This document shows positions 28,438-38,433 of a stretch of 64,000 nt of DNA, piece after piece (the first letter of the stretch is position 1; every line of letters starts with the position of its first letter). The notes below the pieces were generated by a model, which was given only the letters and a program-made list of their open reading frames with translations, did no database searches and was not told the origin of the DNA. The translations under genes and the position numbers were made by a program. This DNA is from Promethearchaeota archaeon (GTDB lineage: Archaea > Asgardarchaeota > Lokiarchaeia > Sigyniarchaeales > SOKP01), in assembly GCA_013375475.1 (NCBI GenBank), contig JABXKD010000007.1, positions 1-64,000 of the forward strand, written 5' to 3'.

Positions 28438-28815
28438 ATGTCCATAAGAATAAAGATAGATCTCTTCGGAATAGGAACTCTTAAAGGTGAATTATTAAGA
28501 TTCTATGCACCACTATCCACAGATGCCATCGTCAATAAGCTACCTATTATTTTACGAGGTCGATTTAGTTTTGGTTCAAAAGCTTATTGGACACTCCCGG
28601 GAATTGAAATCTATAAAGGTCATAATCCAAAATCCGTTAAAAGCGTAGAGAAGGGAGAAATCATTTATAATCCTAAAACTGATGAATTACTCATAATTCT
28701 GGAAAACATTGAGATGCCTAATAAGGTAAATAAGATAGGGCGAGTTTTTGATAACCTAGAAATTCTTTTAAATGCTAAAAATGGTTTGAATACTAAAATA
28801 ATTAAAGCAAAATAG
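28438..28815 (+). CDS. Cyclophilin-like fold protein (TM1367/DUF369-like)
   Basis: AP.S.DAIVNKLP...VEKGEIIYNP...VNKIGRV pattern. Confidence 0.6.
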   Translation: MSIRIKIDLFGIGTLKGELLRFYAPLSTDAIVNKLPIILRGRFSFGSKAYWTLPGIEIYKGHNPKSVKSVEKGEIIYNPKTDELLIILENIEMPNKVNKIGRVFDNLEILLNAKNGLNTKIIKAK

Positions 28816-28843
28816 TAATTACAGAGATTATAAGGAGATTGTT

Positions 28844-29659
28844 ATGGCTATTTCGAATAAACTAACCATTGTCTTTACTATTTTCTACTTAGGAGTAATT
28901 ATATACTTAATTTTATTTCTAATAGTTCCTGCCTTTCAAGATGTCATAATTCAGTCAAGACAAGATATCACAGGGCTTACAGAAGGTTCCAGCTACTTTA
29001 TAGCACTTCTCATAGCCTTCTTTATTTGCCTTTTAGGAAATGCTAGTGTAGGTTTTCCAATACCCTATCCTTTTATAATTTTCTCATTTTCTAATTCAAT
29101 TTTTATCCGATATTCAAATTTAGGATTAAATCTTGGGGAAATTCTATTGAATGGCCCATTTTGGTTAGAAATATTAGTATTGGCCGCTGTTGGGGGACTT
29201 GGAAGTGCCTTGGGCGAACTTGTAGGATATTTAATTGGTATGGGAGCAAAAAAAGTAGCGAGTAAGTCTCAATCCAAATCGTTAAACAATGTGCAAGGAT
29301 TTGGAAAACTTGTTCTCGATCACCCAAAATCAATGCACATATACATTTTTATTGCAGCAGCTCTACCTATACCGGATGATCCATTATGGATAGCTTTAGG
29401 AATGTCAGATAAAAAGATTAATTTTCCTATCTGTATCCTTTGGGCGTGGTTAGGAAAAAATGTGACAACTATCTTCTATGTTATTTTTCCAATTTTGATT
29501 TCGCTGGGATTTGGAGCTACCGGGATTGAAGTTGATGACACCTCAAGTGTGATAACGGAAGCATTAATGCTAATAATTACGCTTGCAATTATGCAATTTA
29601 TTTTAAGTTTTAATTGGGAAAAATATCTAAATAACAGAAGAAAGAAGAAACTTTTGTAG
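28844..29659 (+). CDS. DedA/VTT-family membrane protein
   Basis: FPIPY, GGLGSALGELVGYLIG and ALPIPDD motifs. Confidence 0.8.
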   Translation: MAISNKLTIVFTIFYLGVIIYLILFLIVPAFQDVIIQSRQDITGLTEGSSYFIALLIAFFICLLGNASVGFPIPYPFIIFSFSNSIFIRYSNLGLNLGEILLNGPFWLEILVLAAVGGLGSALGELVGYLIGMGAKKVASKSQSKSLNNVQGFGKLVLDHPKSMHIYIFIAAALPIPDDPLWIALGMSDKKINFPICILWAWLGKNVTTIFYVIFPILISLGFGATGIEVDDTSSVITEALMLIITLAIMQFILSFNWEKYLNNRRKKKLL

Positions 29660-29663
29660 TTGA

Positions 29664-29831
29664 TTATTTCTTATTGTTTTTTAGACAATTTTTACAAACG
29701 AAGACCGTTTTTTCTCTGTTTTTTGAACTCTCATCTTGGTAAATTCGTTTGTAAATATAATCTCCGCAGATTTGGCATAATGCAACTGTTCTACTTTCGC
29801 CTAGTAATGGGCCTAAATTATCAAAAGTCAT
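29664..29831 (-). CDS. Small Zn-finger protein (55 aa; absent from the ORF track)
   Basis: MTFDNLGPLLGESRTVALCQICGDYIYKRIYQDESSKNREKTVFVCKNCLKNNKK (CxxC...CxxC); 9 nt downstream of the Alba-like gene. Confidence 0.75.
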   Translation of the reverse strand: MTFDNLGPLLGESRTVALCQICGDYIYKRIYQDESSKNREKTVFVCKNCLKNNKK

Positions 29832-29840
29832 AAATTGAGC

Positions 29841-30164
29841 TTACATTTGTGATTTAGAGATGGTTATCTCGATTTTCGAAATTAAATCTTTTTTGTTTTT
29901 ATTGGAATGTTCGTCTCTCCTATAATTCCTACGTTGATTTCTTTCGAAATAAGGGCGGCTACCTAGTGAAACATTAGCAATTTCTACTCCAGGATAAAGG
30001 CGTTTTTTTAAAATTTCAGCAACTTCAACGGCGGTTGAAATCTCTTCTCCTTCCCCTTTTATTAATAATGATTTTGTTCCCCCTGAAAAGGCAAAAATGG
30101 CGTCTTTAATTGTTTTTTCTCTATCTGTACGATTTCTAACTATAAGGGTTGTATTATTAGGCAT
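29841..30164 (-). CDS. Divergent Alba-family nucleic-acid-binding protein
   Basis: LLIKGEGEEISTAVEVAEILKKR...VSLGS...SKIEITI aligns with the Alba consensus IKARGRAISKAVDVAE...IGTE...S.IEI.L. Confidence 0.75.
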   Translation of the reverse strand: MPNNTTLIVRNRTDREKTIKDAIFAFSGGTKSLLIKGEGEEISTAVEVAEILKKRLYPGVEIANVSLGSRPYFERNQRRNYRRDEHSNKNKKDLISKIEITISKSQM

Positions 30165-30320
30165 GAAAGAACCTCATTACCAAATATTTGCTAAATTTGA
30201 TTCAAAAGCAGTCTAAGTTATAAAAGTTATCCAAGCAATATAAAAGTTATTTAAATTAAATCATTAACACGGTGATTAAAAAGCAATGCTGTTGATAATC
30301 TATTAATCAAAACCATGAAA

Positions 30321-31604
30321 TTATTTTATGTGATATAATTTATCTAAAAAATATAAATTAAAATCAGAACGAGAATTTAGATCGTCCAATATTTTTTGAT
30401 ATTCAGAGCTCCTTTCTTCAAAATGTTCAATGATTTTTCTTTCATCTGTATCTAAATAATCGAAAAATGGGAAAATGATTTCAATCTTTTTGGTAAAATC
30501 ATTCATAATTTTTTTATACAATTCATTAGGTTTTACTAACATCTCCTTAATTTTTTTGCTAAATTTCTCCTTCTTCTTCTGAAAAATGGTTATTTGATTC
30601 GCTTTCTTTATTTTAATTAAAATCTCTTCACATTTTTTTAATTCTTTTTCTATTTTTTCTCTAAATTTAGGAATTCTGTAAATCTTTTTGTCGATGTCCG
30701 GATCCCATTCATATAAGTAATAATCATCCTCTTCAGCTTCTATTTCATCATCAGTAATCTTTACATCCCTTTTTAAAATCATAATGAGTCCGAAATTCCT
30801 CTGGAGTTGGGCTAAAGCTTTTTTCCGTAATACTTCATCAATGTAGTCGATTTGTTTTAAAGCATTTTTGATATTTTTATTAATTTCTTTTACATCTTTA
30901 TCTACTTTTTTAACCATTTTTTCCTGAGGAAATTCAAATTTCAATTCGATAGTATTTGAATAAGTAGAAAACATACCTCGATTAGGATTTTTCAACCTTA
31001 TTCCAGCAACTCCAAGATAATACGCTTTTGATCCTTGTTGGCAATGATCGAATACCAAAGCTATTGCAAATGGGTTTACACCTTGATAAAATAACTGAGT
31101 TTCAATATCTCGTGGCGAAAATATAAACCCTATGCCAGGATGAGTATGCCACCATCCTACGAAGAAATCTTCTTTATTATCCTGAATTGCTCTTTCGTAG
31201 ATTGTTGTGTTAAATTGAGCGGTGTCTACATAGTGTTTACTTTTATACTCAACATAAGCTCTACCCCCTACCATTACGGGGATCGCGTCTTTAATAATTA
31301 CTTCTTTATTATCCTTTATCGATCCTATCAGAATACCGTAAACTTCTCGCCAATTTCTTTGGGGTATTTCTTCATTCCCATATCGCATGGCATACCCAAC
31401 GATGCGTCTATATGCGTTGTATGAAATATAAATGGGCGATTCGGCGGGATCAATACCGTATTTCTGAATGTAATGTTCTTTAGTCGATATTTCAATTAAA
31501 TCATCTGATTCTGATGTTGGTGCGTCTAGATATTCTTCCTCGAGTTCGCCATGTCCAATGCTGTTATTTTGCGTTTCCTTATTATTGCTTTCTTTTCCAT
31601 TCAT
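30321..31604 (-). CDS. JAMM/MPN+ metalloprotease with C-terminal helical region
   Basis: EVYGILIG...VGWWHTHPGIGFIFSPRD (intact E-HxH-S-D motif). Confidence 0.88.
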   Translation of the reverse strand: MNGKESNNKETQNNSIGHGELEEEYLDAPTSESDDLIEISTKEHYIQKYGIDPAESPIYISYNAYRRIVGYAMRYGNEEIPQRNWREVYGILIGSIKDNKEVIIKDAIPVMVGGRAYVEYKSKHYVDTAQFNTTIYERAIQDNKEDFFVGWWHTHPGIGFIFSPRDIETQLFYQGVNPFAIALVFDHCQQGSKAYYLGVAGIRLKNPNRGMFSTYSNTIELKFEFPQEKMVKKVDKDVKEINKNIKNALKQIDYIDEVLRKKALAQLQRNFGLIMILKRDVKITDDEIEAEEDDYYLYEWDPDIDKKIYRIPKFREKIEKELKKCEEILIKIKKANQITIFQKKKEKFSKKIKEMLVKPNELYKKIMNDFTKKIEIIFPFFDYLDTDERKIIEHFEERSSEYQKILDDLNSRSDFNLYFLDKLYHIK

Positions 31605-31744
31605 TAATTATTCAAATGAATTTCAAAATTCTTATTAGTTTTAACTATATCATTGGAAAAATTTAAAACTTTTAAATTTATCAATCTTTTTAACCAATTA
31701 GAAAGTTCTAACATTAACATCAATTCAAGATTCGTTATACGCTA

Positions 31745-32287
31745 ATGATAGTCATAGGATTTTGTGGATTACCTGGTTCTGGCAAATCAACAGTATTAAA
31801 AGCTATTGAAGATCTAGGGATTATAATAACGATGGGTGATGTAATAAGAAAGGAAGCACGAGAAAGAAATACCGAACCTACAGACGAAAATTTAGGCAAA
31901 ATTGCACATGAATTACGAGAAGAATTCGGTCCAGAGATAATCGCGAAAAAATGCGTAGCTATAATTAAAAACTTAAAAAAAGATGTTGTTTTTATAGATG
32001 GTTTAAGGTCCATAGCCGAAGTAAATGTATTTCGAAACTCGTGGATATTTCCAATTGTAGCAGTTATAATTGATGATAAGATAAGATTTAAAAGGCTTTC
32101 GAAAAGAGGACGATTAGACGATCCAAAATATCTTGAAGATATAAGAGAAAGAGACCAGCGTGAAATTTCTTTTGGGCTAAATGAAGTAATTAATAGTGCA
32201 AATTTTAAAATAAATAATAATGTATCAAAAAAAGAAGTTCAAAAAATAACACGCAATTTAGTTTTAAACCTTATTAATAAGAAATAG
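31745..32287 (+). CDS. Archaeal dephospho-CoA kinase-like P-loop kinase (UPF0200)
   Basis: GLPGSGKS, MGDVIR, IDGLRS, RD.RE..FG. Confidence 0.85.
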   Translation: MIVIGFCGLPGSGKSTVLKAIEDLGIIITMGDVIRKEARERNTEPTDENLGKIAHELREEFGPEIIAKKCVAIIKNLKKDVVFIDGLRSIAEVNVFRNSWIFPIVAVIIDDKIRFKRLSKRGRLDDPKYLEDIRERDQREISFGLNEVINSANFKINNNVSKKEVQKITRNLVLNLINKK

Positions 32288-32291
32288 GATA

Positions 32292-33194
32292 CTATTTTAA
32301 ATAATCTACAATTGCTTTTGCCAAGGAGACTTTACTTGCTTCATTATCGATTGAATCAGTTCCAATAATTTCATCTGCCCCAGCTTTTATAATTCTAAAC
32401 TTTGCATTTTGCAATAATAAAGCATGAGTTGCGACAGCGAATACTTTATTAGCTCCACTTTCTTTTGAAAGTCTTATAGCGTTAGCCATTGTACCGCCGG
32501 TAGCAATAATATCGTCTGAAACGACTACATCCTTATTTTTTAAACTTAATTTACCAGACATCGTAATTTCCCCCGTTTTAACATCCCTTACTTTTTCAAA
32601 GTAATCTACTGGAACGTTTTCTCCGAAATGTTTAGCAAATGCTTTTGATCTTTCTACAGCGCCTTTATCAGGAGCAACCACTACAATATCTTTAACATCT
32701 AAAGATTTAATATAGTCAGCTAATAATTTCATAGAATCTATATTCACACACTTACATTGGATTTCTTCTAAAATTTTTTGAGAGTGAATGTCAACAACAT
32801 AGAGCTCATCAATTCTCATTGAATCTATAATTCTTAGAATTAATTGAGCAAATTTACACTCTCCTGGTCTAAAGACACTATCTTGACGAGCATAAGCTAA
32901 ATAAGGAATTACAACAACAATTTTAGTAGCACCCATTCTTGTAACAGCTTCGATCATCATTAAAAGCTCAAATAACCGTCCATTTTGGTTTTCGCTTGAA
33001 CTTGGTCCTGTGGATTGTACAATAATGACTTCTGTTCCTTCTATTAAGGAATCGTTATCTATATTAATTCTAAGGTAGTTTTCTCCATCAGGAAAAGTTT
33101 TTGTTTCAGTATTATAATAATTAATGTCCAGTTCCTTTGCTATTTTTATCCCAAGCATTTGACTTGCTGGGCCTACGATTAGAATCTTCTTCAT
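32292..33194 (-). CDS. prs: Ribose-phosphate pyrophosphokinase
   Basis: FPDGE, PYLAYARQD, APDKGA, DDIIATGGT. Confidence 0.95.
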   Translation of the reverse strand: MKKILIVGPASQMLGIKIAKELDINYYNTETKTFPDGENYLRINIDNDSLIEGTEVIIVQSTGPSSSENQNGRLFELLMMIEAVTRMGATKIVVVIPYLAYARQDSVFRPGECKFAQLILRIIDSMRIDELYVVDIHSQKILEEIQCKCVNIDSMKLLADYIKSLDVKDIVVVAPDKGAVERSKAFAKHFGENVPVDYFEKVRDVKTGEITMSGKLSLKNKDVVVSDDIIATGGTMANAIRLSKESGANKVFAVATHALLLQNAKFRIIKAGADEIIGTDSIDNEASKVSLAKAIVDYLK

Positions 33195-33248
33195 TCAACA
33201 TCACTTTTTTATAAATACTTTTTACATTTTAACTTATTATTCCATTTC

Positions 33249-33968
33249 TTATATTTTTTTTATAAACTTAAGAGAAGCATCAAAAATATCTTCTCGATGC
33301 CCTTTAAAAGAATGCCCTCCCACTTCAAATTGAACGACATTCTCCGCATTTAAATTGAGATGTTTTTTTATCTGCGCGAGATTAGAGAATGGTATTCTAT
33401 TGTCATCCTTACAATGAGCTATTAGAATTCTTTTATTGTTTGAATGATCATCTTTTAAAAAATATTTAGGGCTAATTTTCTGAACAATTTCCTCTTGGAA
33501 TTTTATTCTAGTTGTATGGTAGTCGTATCTCGTACACAGAGCAATTAAAACCTTAACTTTTTTGTTCAGGAAACCTTGTGTTAAAATAATTGCACCCCCG
33601 ATACTCCTTCCAAATAGAATTAATTTTTGCTCCAGGATTCTGTAAGACTGATGAGTTAACACCCAATCTATTACAATTTGGATGTCGGAAAATATTTGAA
33701 CCACCATTCTATCCCACCTAGATCCCGTCTGTTTTTTGGTTTCTCCATGAGCACGGTAATCGTAAGATAAAACATAAAATCCAGCGTCAACGAATTTTTC
33801 TGTAAAGTATTTAACAAAATAACTCTCACGATGATCCAATAGCCCAGCTAAATTAATTATAAAGGGTGCTTTCACAGGTGTGTTAGAATTAGAATATATA
33901 GTTCCCTTAAGAAATAAATCTTCACCGTTGATTGGAATATCTATATTTTCAATTGTAATGTTATTCAT
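33249..33968 (-). CDS. Alpha/beta hydrolase
   Basis: DYRAHGET, GRSIGG nucleophile elbow, D and GGH catalytic residues. Confidence 0.88.
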   Translation of the reverse strand: MNNITIENIDIPINGEDLFLKGTIYSNSNTPVKAPFIINLAGLLDHRESYFVKYFTEKFVDAGFYVLSYDYRAHGETKKQTGSRWDRMVVQIFSDIQIVIDWVLTHQSYRILEQKLILFGRSIGGAIILTQGFLNKKVKVLIALCTRYDYHTTRIKFQEEIVQKISPKYFLKDDHSNNKRILIAHCKDDNRIPFSNLAQIKKHLNLNAENVVQFEVGGHSFKGHREDIFDASLKFIKKI

Positions 33969-33980
33969 TTTATTTTTTTT

Positions 33981-34436
33981 TTATTTCCTTTTGTTTTTGT
34001 ATTTTACAATAAGATTCCTTAAGGTGTTTACTGCTAATTCTAGGCTATGTTTATGATCTTCCGGTAAACCATGTAGCGCGCGGTCTATATCTTCGGGTTT
34101 CAGTTTTTCCGCATAATCAACGGTTTTACCCTCAATTAATAAAGTAGTTTGACTTCCTGTTGCTACAGTCGCTCCGCAACCATCTGTAAAAAAATTGGCT
34201 TTTTCAATAATTCCATTTTCGATTGTTAAATAAAATTCCATTGTTTTTTTCCGTGGGCTTATGTACGAATGTGAAATAGTAAAATTAGAAGGTTTACCCC
34301 AATTTTTAGGATTTTGAAACAAATTAACTATGTGTTCGTTAAAATCGTTTATTTCTTTATCGATGATCTCTTGTTGAAGTTCTTCAACAAATTTATCAAA
34401 GGATTCCTCTTTTTGAGGCATCTTACTTTTATTCAC
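33981..34436 (-). CDS. IscU/NifU-like scaffold homolog (degenerate)
   Basis: NPKNWG, F.TDGCGATVA.GS and LHGLPEDHKH; only one Cys. Confidence 0.8.
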   Translation of the reverse strand: MNKSKMPQKEESFDKFVEELQQEIIDKEINDFNEHIVNLFQNPKNWGKPSNFTISHSYISPRKKTMEFYLTIENGIIEKANFFTDGCGATVATGSQTTLLIEGKTVDYAEKLKPEDIDRALHGLPEDHKHSLELAVNTLRNLIVKYKNKRK

Positions 34437-34710
34437 CCAAGTGCTTTAAAATGTGTTTTTTCAAACGCTCCATTCGTATAACTTCGCTTGAAGTTTTGTT
34501 ATATTTATCTAGAATGTTTATTATTTCCTGATTTAACTCATCATGTTCTGTCGTACAAGTGCTTTCTTCTAAAAAATCTTCTCCGTGCCTTATAGCAGCT
34601 AAATTTTCAGTTATTTTAACTAACTCAGTAGCAATAACGCTGTTTATGTAGATTAGATCTGAAAACATATTTTTCATATATAAAACTAATTTTAGTTGGT
34701 CAGCAGACAT
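34429..34710 (-). CDS. Small hypothetical helical protein
   Basis: 93-aa ORF overlapping the IscU-like start by 8 nt. Confidence 0.7.
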   Translation of the reverse strand: MSADQLKLVLYMKNMFSDLIYINSVIATELVKITENLAAIRHGEDFLEESTCTTEHDELNQEIINILDKYNKTSSEVIRMERLKKHILKHLGE

Positions 34711-34769
34711 AATTTATAAAGTCTCTACTGAAATTAATTAGTTATCATTTATGAGAGATCATAGTCACC

Positions 34770-36473
34770 TTAAAAGATAATTACATAATATACTGCTAGA
34801 TAAATCATCGCTCCAAAGATAAGAAGTATTACACCACTCATTCTCTCTAAAAATGTTTTTTTCATATCCGGATTTAAAACTTCTTTAGGAAAATTCTTTA
34901 TGTTGCTAAGGTATTTGGAAAAAAGCTTTTTCTCTTTTATTTTAAGCGTAATCGGTATTCTATAGGTAATAGTTTTGGTTTTTACTTCAATAACGTCAAT
35001 AGGAAGGCACAAATAGAAAATGATAACTATGATTATCGTTATCCATAAAAATGTGTTAATTAAATTATCAATTTTTAAAAAAATTGTATCTGCCGTTAGC
35101 CATCCTTCTATTTGTTGAATTGTTAAGAAAATTAATAGTCCACTTATTCCGAAGATATCAAAGAAATCTAATTTCCTGAACCATTTTCTCACTGTCATTG
35201 ATTCCACGTTATTCGCAGCTACATAATGAAATTTATAACAAAAAATTCGTTTAAACCTAAATTTTTTTGATGCTTCGCTAAACTGAATTGTATCGCCACC
35301 CTTTTTGCTGAAATCAGAGAATAGACTTTTTACCAAAAGCATTATGCCATACATTAAAGCGATCCACCATACTAAAGGACCAAACAAAACCATTTGTGTT
35401 AACATGATCATTGCAATTATAAATAAAAACGAACCAAAGAGCAATTTGAATAGTTGAAAATTAGAGGTTTTTACTTCAGAAAATAAAGAATGGTTGCTGT
35501 TTTTTTCCATATCTCGTAATTCGGGTGTGCATTCTAAAAAATTACCCAATTCTTCCTTAAATTGAGAGGGTCTCCTCCATTTTATTGGAGAAAACCACAT
35601 TTCATAGAGTTTCTCTTTTGTAGCGATTTCAAAGTAATTCTGTTGGAAAAAAATCAAAAGAACTAGTGCCATAATATCCAAAACAGATAATGCTAAAAAT
35701 GTCCTTGACAAGACAAACATTGGACCTGCTCGTTCAGCAGAAAACAAGGGAATAGCGGTCATTAGCTGTAAGACGATAAATGGAAGGAGGAGTATAACCC
35801 AAGCTAGTTTTGGTCCAATGTGGTTATTTTGATAACGAAAAACTTCGATGTCCTTCTTAGGAATTTCTGTTAACCAAGCAAATCCCGGTCTGACTTCGTA
35901 GAAAAAGAAGAAATTTTTTGACTTAGAACAAATACCACGAAACGGGCTCAAAATAGTATATATTAACAAACTCATCCCAGTTATTAACATAGGGAACCCA
36001 GTAACATAAAACCAAGATGGTCCTCCGAGAACAACTGCGCTTCCAAACTCTATCTCGTGACCAACATCATCTCCGAATATACCATAAGATATAATTCCAT
36101 TTAATAGTAAAAGTAACGCAGCTAAAAGTCTAGTTAGAGCAAAAGAATTGAAGTTAACAAACTTATCGAATGGTTCCCTTAAATCTCGCTTTCTTTTAAT
36201 TGTTAACGAATTTTCCCTTAAATAATAAGGTGTAATGTAAAACTTTGATGTAATAATTCCTCCAAATATAATGATCAAAACATCAACGAGCAAAGAGAGA
36301 TTAAAACCGTTAAGGGTGATCTCAAAATCGAAACCTATGAAGACCAGTAAACAACCTAAAAAAATTATAAATAAACCCGTGAAAAGAAAAATATAGCGTG
36401 ATATTCGCTTTTTGGGATGCATAAGTTTTAAATTTTCAATCTCTTCTTCGCTTAAATAACTCATCGAAAACAC
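34770..36473 (-). CDS. Polytopic membrane protein
   Basis: 567 aa; TM pairs alternating with short beta-rich segments. Confidence 0.75.
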   Translation of the reverse strand: MFSMSYLSEEEIENLKLMHPKKRISRYIFLFTGLFIIFLGCLLVFIGFDFEITLNGFNLSLLVDVLIIIFGGIITSKFYITPYYLRENSLTIKRKRDLREPFDKFVNFNSFALTRLLAALLLLLNGIISYGIFGDDVGHEIEFGSAVVLGGPSWFYVTGFPMLITGMSLLIYTILSPFRGICSKSKNFFFFYEVRPGFAWLTEIPKKDIEVFRYQNNHIGPKLAWVILLLPFIVLQLMTAIPLFSAERAGPMFVLSRTFLALSVLDIMALVLLIFFQQNYFEIATKEKLYEMWFSPIKWRRPSQFKEELGNFLECTPELRDMEKNSNHSLFSEVKTSNFQLFKLLFGSFLFIIAMIMLTQMVLFGPLVWWIALMYGIMLLVKSLFSDFSKKGGDTIQFSEASKKFRFKRIFCYKFHYVAANNVESMTVRKWFRKLDFFDIFGISGLLIFLTIQQIEGWLTADTIFLKIDNLINTFLWITIIIVIIFYLCLPIDVIEVKTKTITYRIPITLKIKEKKLFSKYLSNIKNFPKEVLNPDMKKTFLERMSGVILLIFGAMIYLAVYYVIIF

Positions 36474-36554
36474 ACAATTATATATTAATTAATAATACAT
36501 TTTTTGTTTTTATCTTTAATAAAATTTCAATTTTAATTTTGGATTTTACCCAAA

Positions 36555-37031
36555 ATGGATTACAAATACTTTCGTGATGGCTTAATTTCGTTATCAACAG
36601 TTCAATTTATTTTTTCTTTTACATTTTTGTTAGGTTCAATACTTTTAAAACCTTACATCGCCTTGGAACCAAATGAAAGAGACTTTATTATTTTAGTAAC
36701 TATTATCAATATGATTTTTAGCGTCTACTACTTATTAGAGGCCTTAAAATTTGAGAAGGTTTTTAAGCTGGAAGAAAAACATATTCACACATTTGGCAAA
36801 CGGATTGGAATCATTTCTTTATTTTATTTACCTCATGTTTTCCTCTTATCTTCGCTTTTGTTTTTAGATTTACATAATTTGCTAGTCTTGATTAATTGGT
36901 TAAGCCTTATAATAGAAATTCTTTTACTTGGGATTCTTTTTAAAGAAATCTACGATCTTCTCTTTAAAGAGGAAATTGAAAGAAAGTTTGAAATTGACCA
37001 AAATAGAAAAATCTACTTTGAGCGAAAATAA
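36555..37031 (+). CDS. 4-TM membrane protein
   Basis: Four hydrophobic helices. Confidence 0.7.
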   Translation: MDYKYFRDGLISLSTVQFIFSFTFLLGSILLKPYIALEPNERDFIILVTIINMIFSVYYLLEALKFEKVFKLEEKHIHTFGKRIGIISLFYLPHVFLLSSLLFLDLHNLLVLINWLSLIIEILLLGILFKEIYDLLFKEEIERKFEIDQNRKIYFERK

Positions 37032-37083
37032 AATCAAAGAATGATTAAAAAATTTATTTCTTTATGTTTTTAAAACGATAAAA

Positions 37084-38328
37084 TTACTTGGTTGGATTAG
37101 CTACTTTTCCTATAGCAGTCTCTATCATTTTAAGTTTAGTTGAATATTTTTCCATTAATTCAGCGAATTTTTCCACTTCAATTTCTTTATTTTCATTTAA
37201 TACTTTCAATTCATTAATAGTTCTTACTATACCTGCTTTTTTATCTATTAATCGCTCTCGCTTACTATATGGAATTTTTTGTTCTATTTTCTTTTTTTGA
37301 AACGATTTGAATCTCTTAATGTTTAAATCCTTAGGCACAAATTTGGTTAAATAAATTGTACTTTTCGGAACAAATGGAGCCAAATTTTCGGGTATTATAA
37401 TTATAGGCTCAGGATCCTGAATTCTTTTAATTTCGTCGTAACCTAAAGGCTCTAATTTGATTTCTTTTATGATGTCTTTAACAACAGATAGGTTTAGTTC
37501 TATGTTAACTCTCTCTTCACTCGAAATATCAGGTACACTACTGAGCATTTCATTCCAAATTTCCTCTGATTTCAAATAATAGAAATTAGCTTTCTGTTGT
37601 AATTTCACAACCTTATCTCTATTTATATTCGTAATAGAAGATTCTAAAGAAGCTTGAGCCTTAAGTTGACACGCTTTACCCATATCGAAATGAAATTGCG
37701 CTCTTAATTGTTGTTTCCTTTTTTCTTCGTGCTTCTTCAGATAAAATAATCTTTTTGACAATGAACTTAATCCTGCATATAATTTTGAAGCGAAATAAAT
37801 ATTGTTAGAGTTCTCTTCTTTAAGAGCTGCAATACCCTGTGCTAATATTCGCGCTTCTTCTGAATTCAATTCGAGATTTTCAGATGAAAGGGTAATACCT
37901 ATATCATGTTGATTTATTGATGCAGCACTAAAATAAGCTCCAGTTTTAAAAACCTTACTGCACTCAACCATTGCTATTATAGCATCTTCCCAATCTTCTT
38001 CATCTTCAAATTTTTCAGATATCTTAGAATATGATCTTGCCATTACCCATAATGCGCGCGAACACTCAAACATTAAATCCTTTATTTGAATCTCCCTGTT
38101 ATTCTCCAATGGTTCTATAAATATTGGAGTTAAATCCAAATCTTTTAAAATTTTAACTTGATCTTCATTTTGATAGTTAATATTTAACGTCTTTGTGTAT
38201 TCTAAAACAAGATTTAAATCGTCCAGATTAAGACTTTCTTCTTCTTTGTCTAAAGTTTCTTCAATTTTCTTAATTTTATAATGCAGATATCTAATTCTTT
38301 GCATTAATTCTTCAGTAAAAAAAGACAT
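37084..38328 (-). CDS. Alpha-helical hypothetical protein
   Basis: 414-aa helical-repeat/coiled-coil-like ORF. Confidence 0.75.
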   Translation of the reverse strand: MSFFTEELMQRIRYLHYKIKKIEETLDKEEESLNLDDLNLVLEYTKTLNINYQNEDQVKILKDLDLTPIFIEPLENNREIQIKDLMFECSRALWVMARSYSKISEKFEDEEDWEDAIIAMVECSKVFKTGAYFSAASINQHDIGITLSSENLELNSEEARILAQGIAALKEENSNNIYFASKLYAGLSSLSKRLFYLKKHEEKRKQQLRAQFHFDMGKACQLKAQASLESSITNINRDKVVKLQQKANFYYLKSEEIWNEMLSSVPDISSEERVNIELNLSVVKDIIKEIKLEPLGYDEIKRIQDPEPIIIIPENLAPFVPKSTIYLTKFVPKDLNIKRFKSFQKKKIEQKIPYSKRERLIDKKAGIVRTINELKVLNENKEIEVEKFAELMEKYSTKLKMIETAIGKVANPTK

Positions 38329-38433
38329 TTCTCACACTTACAGTTTTTTGTTTAAATTTTAGTTAAGTAAAATAATTTAATCTCATTTTAAAACCATTTT
38401 AAAATTATGAAAATATCTATTTTATAAAAAAAA

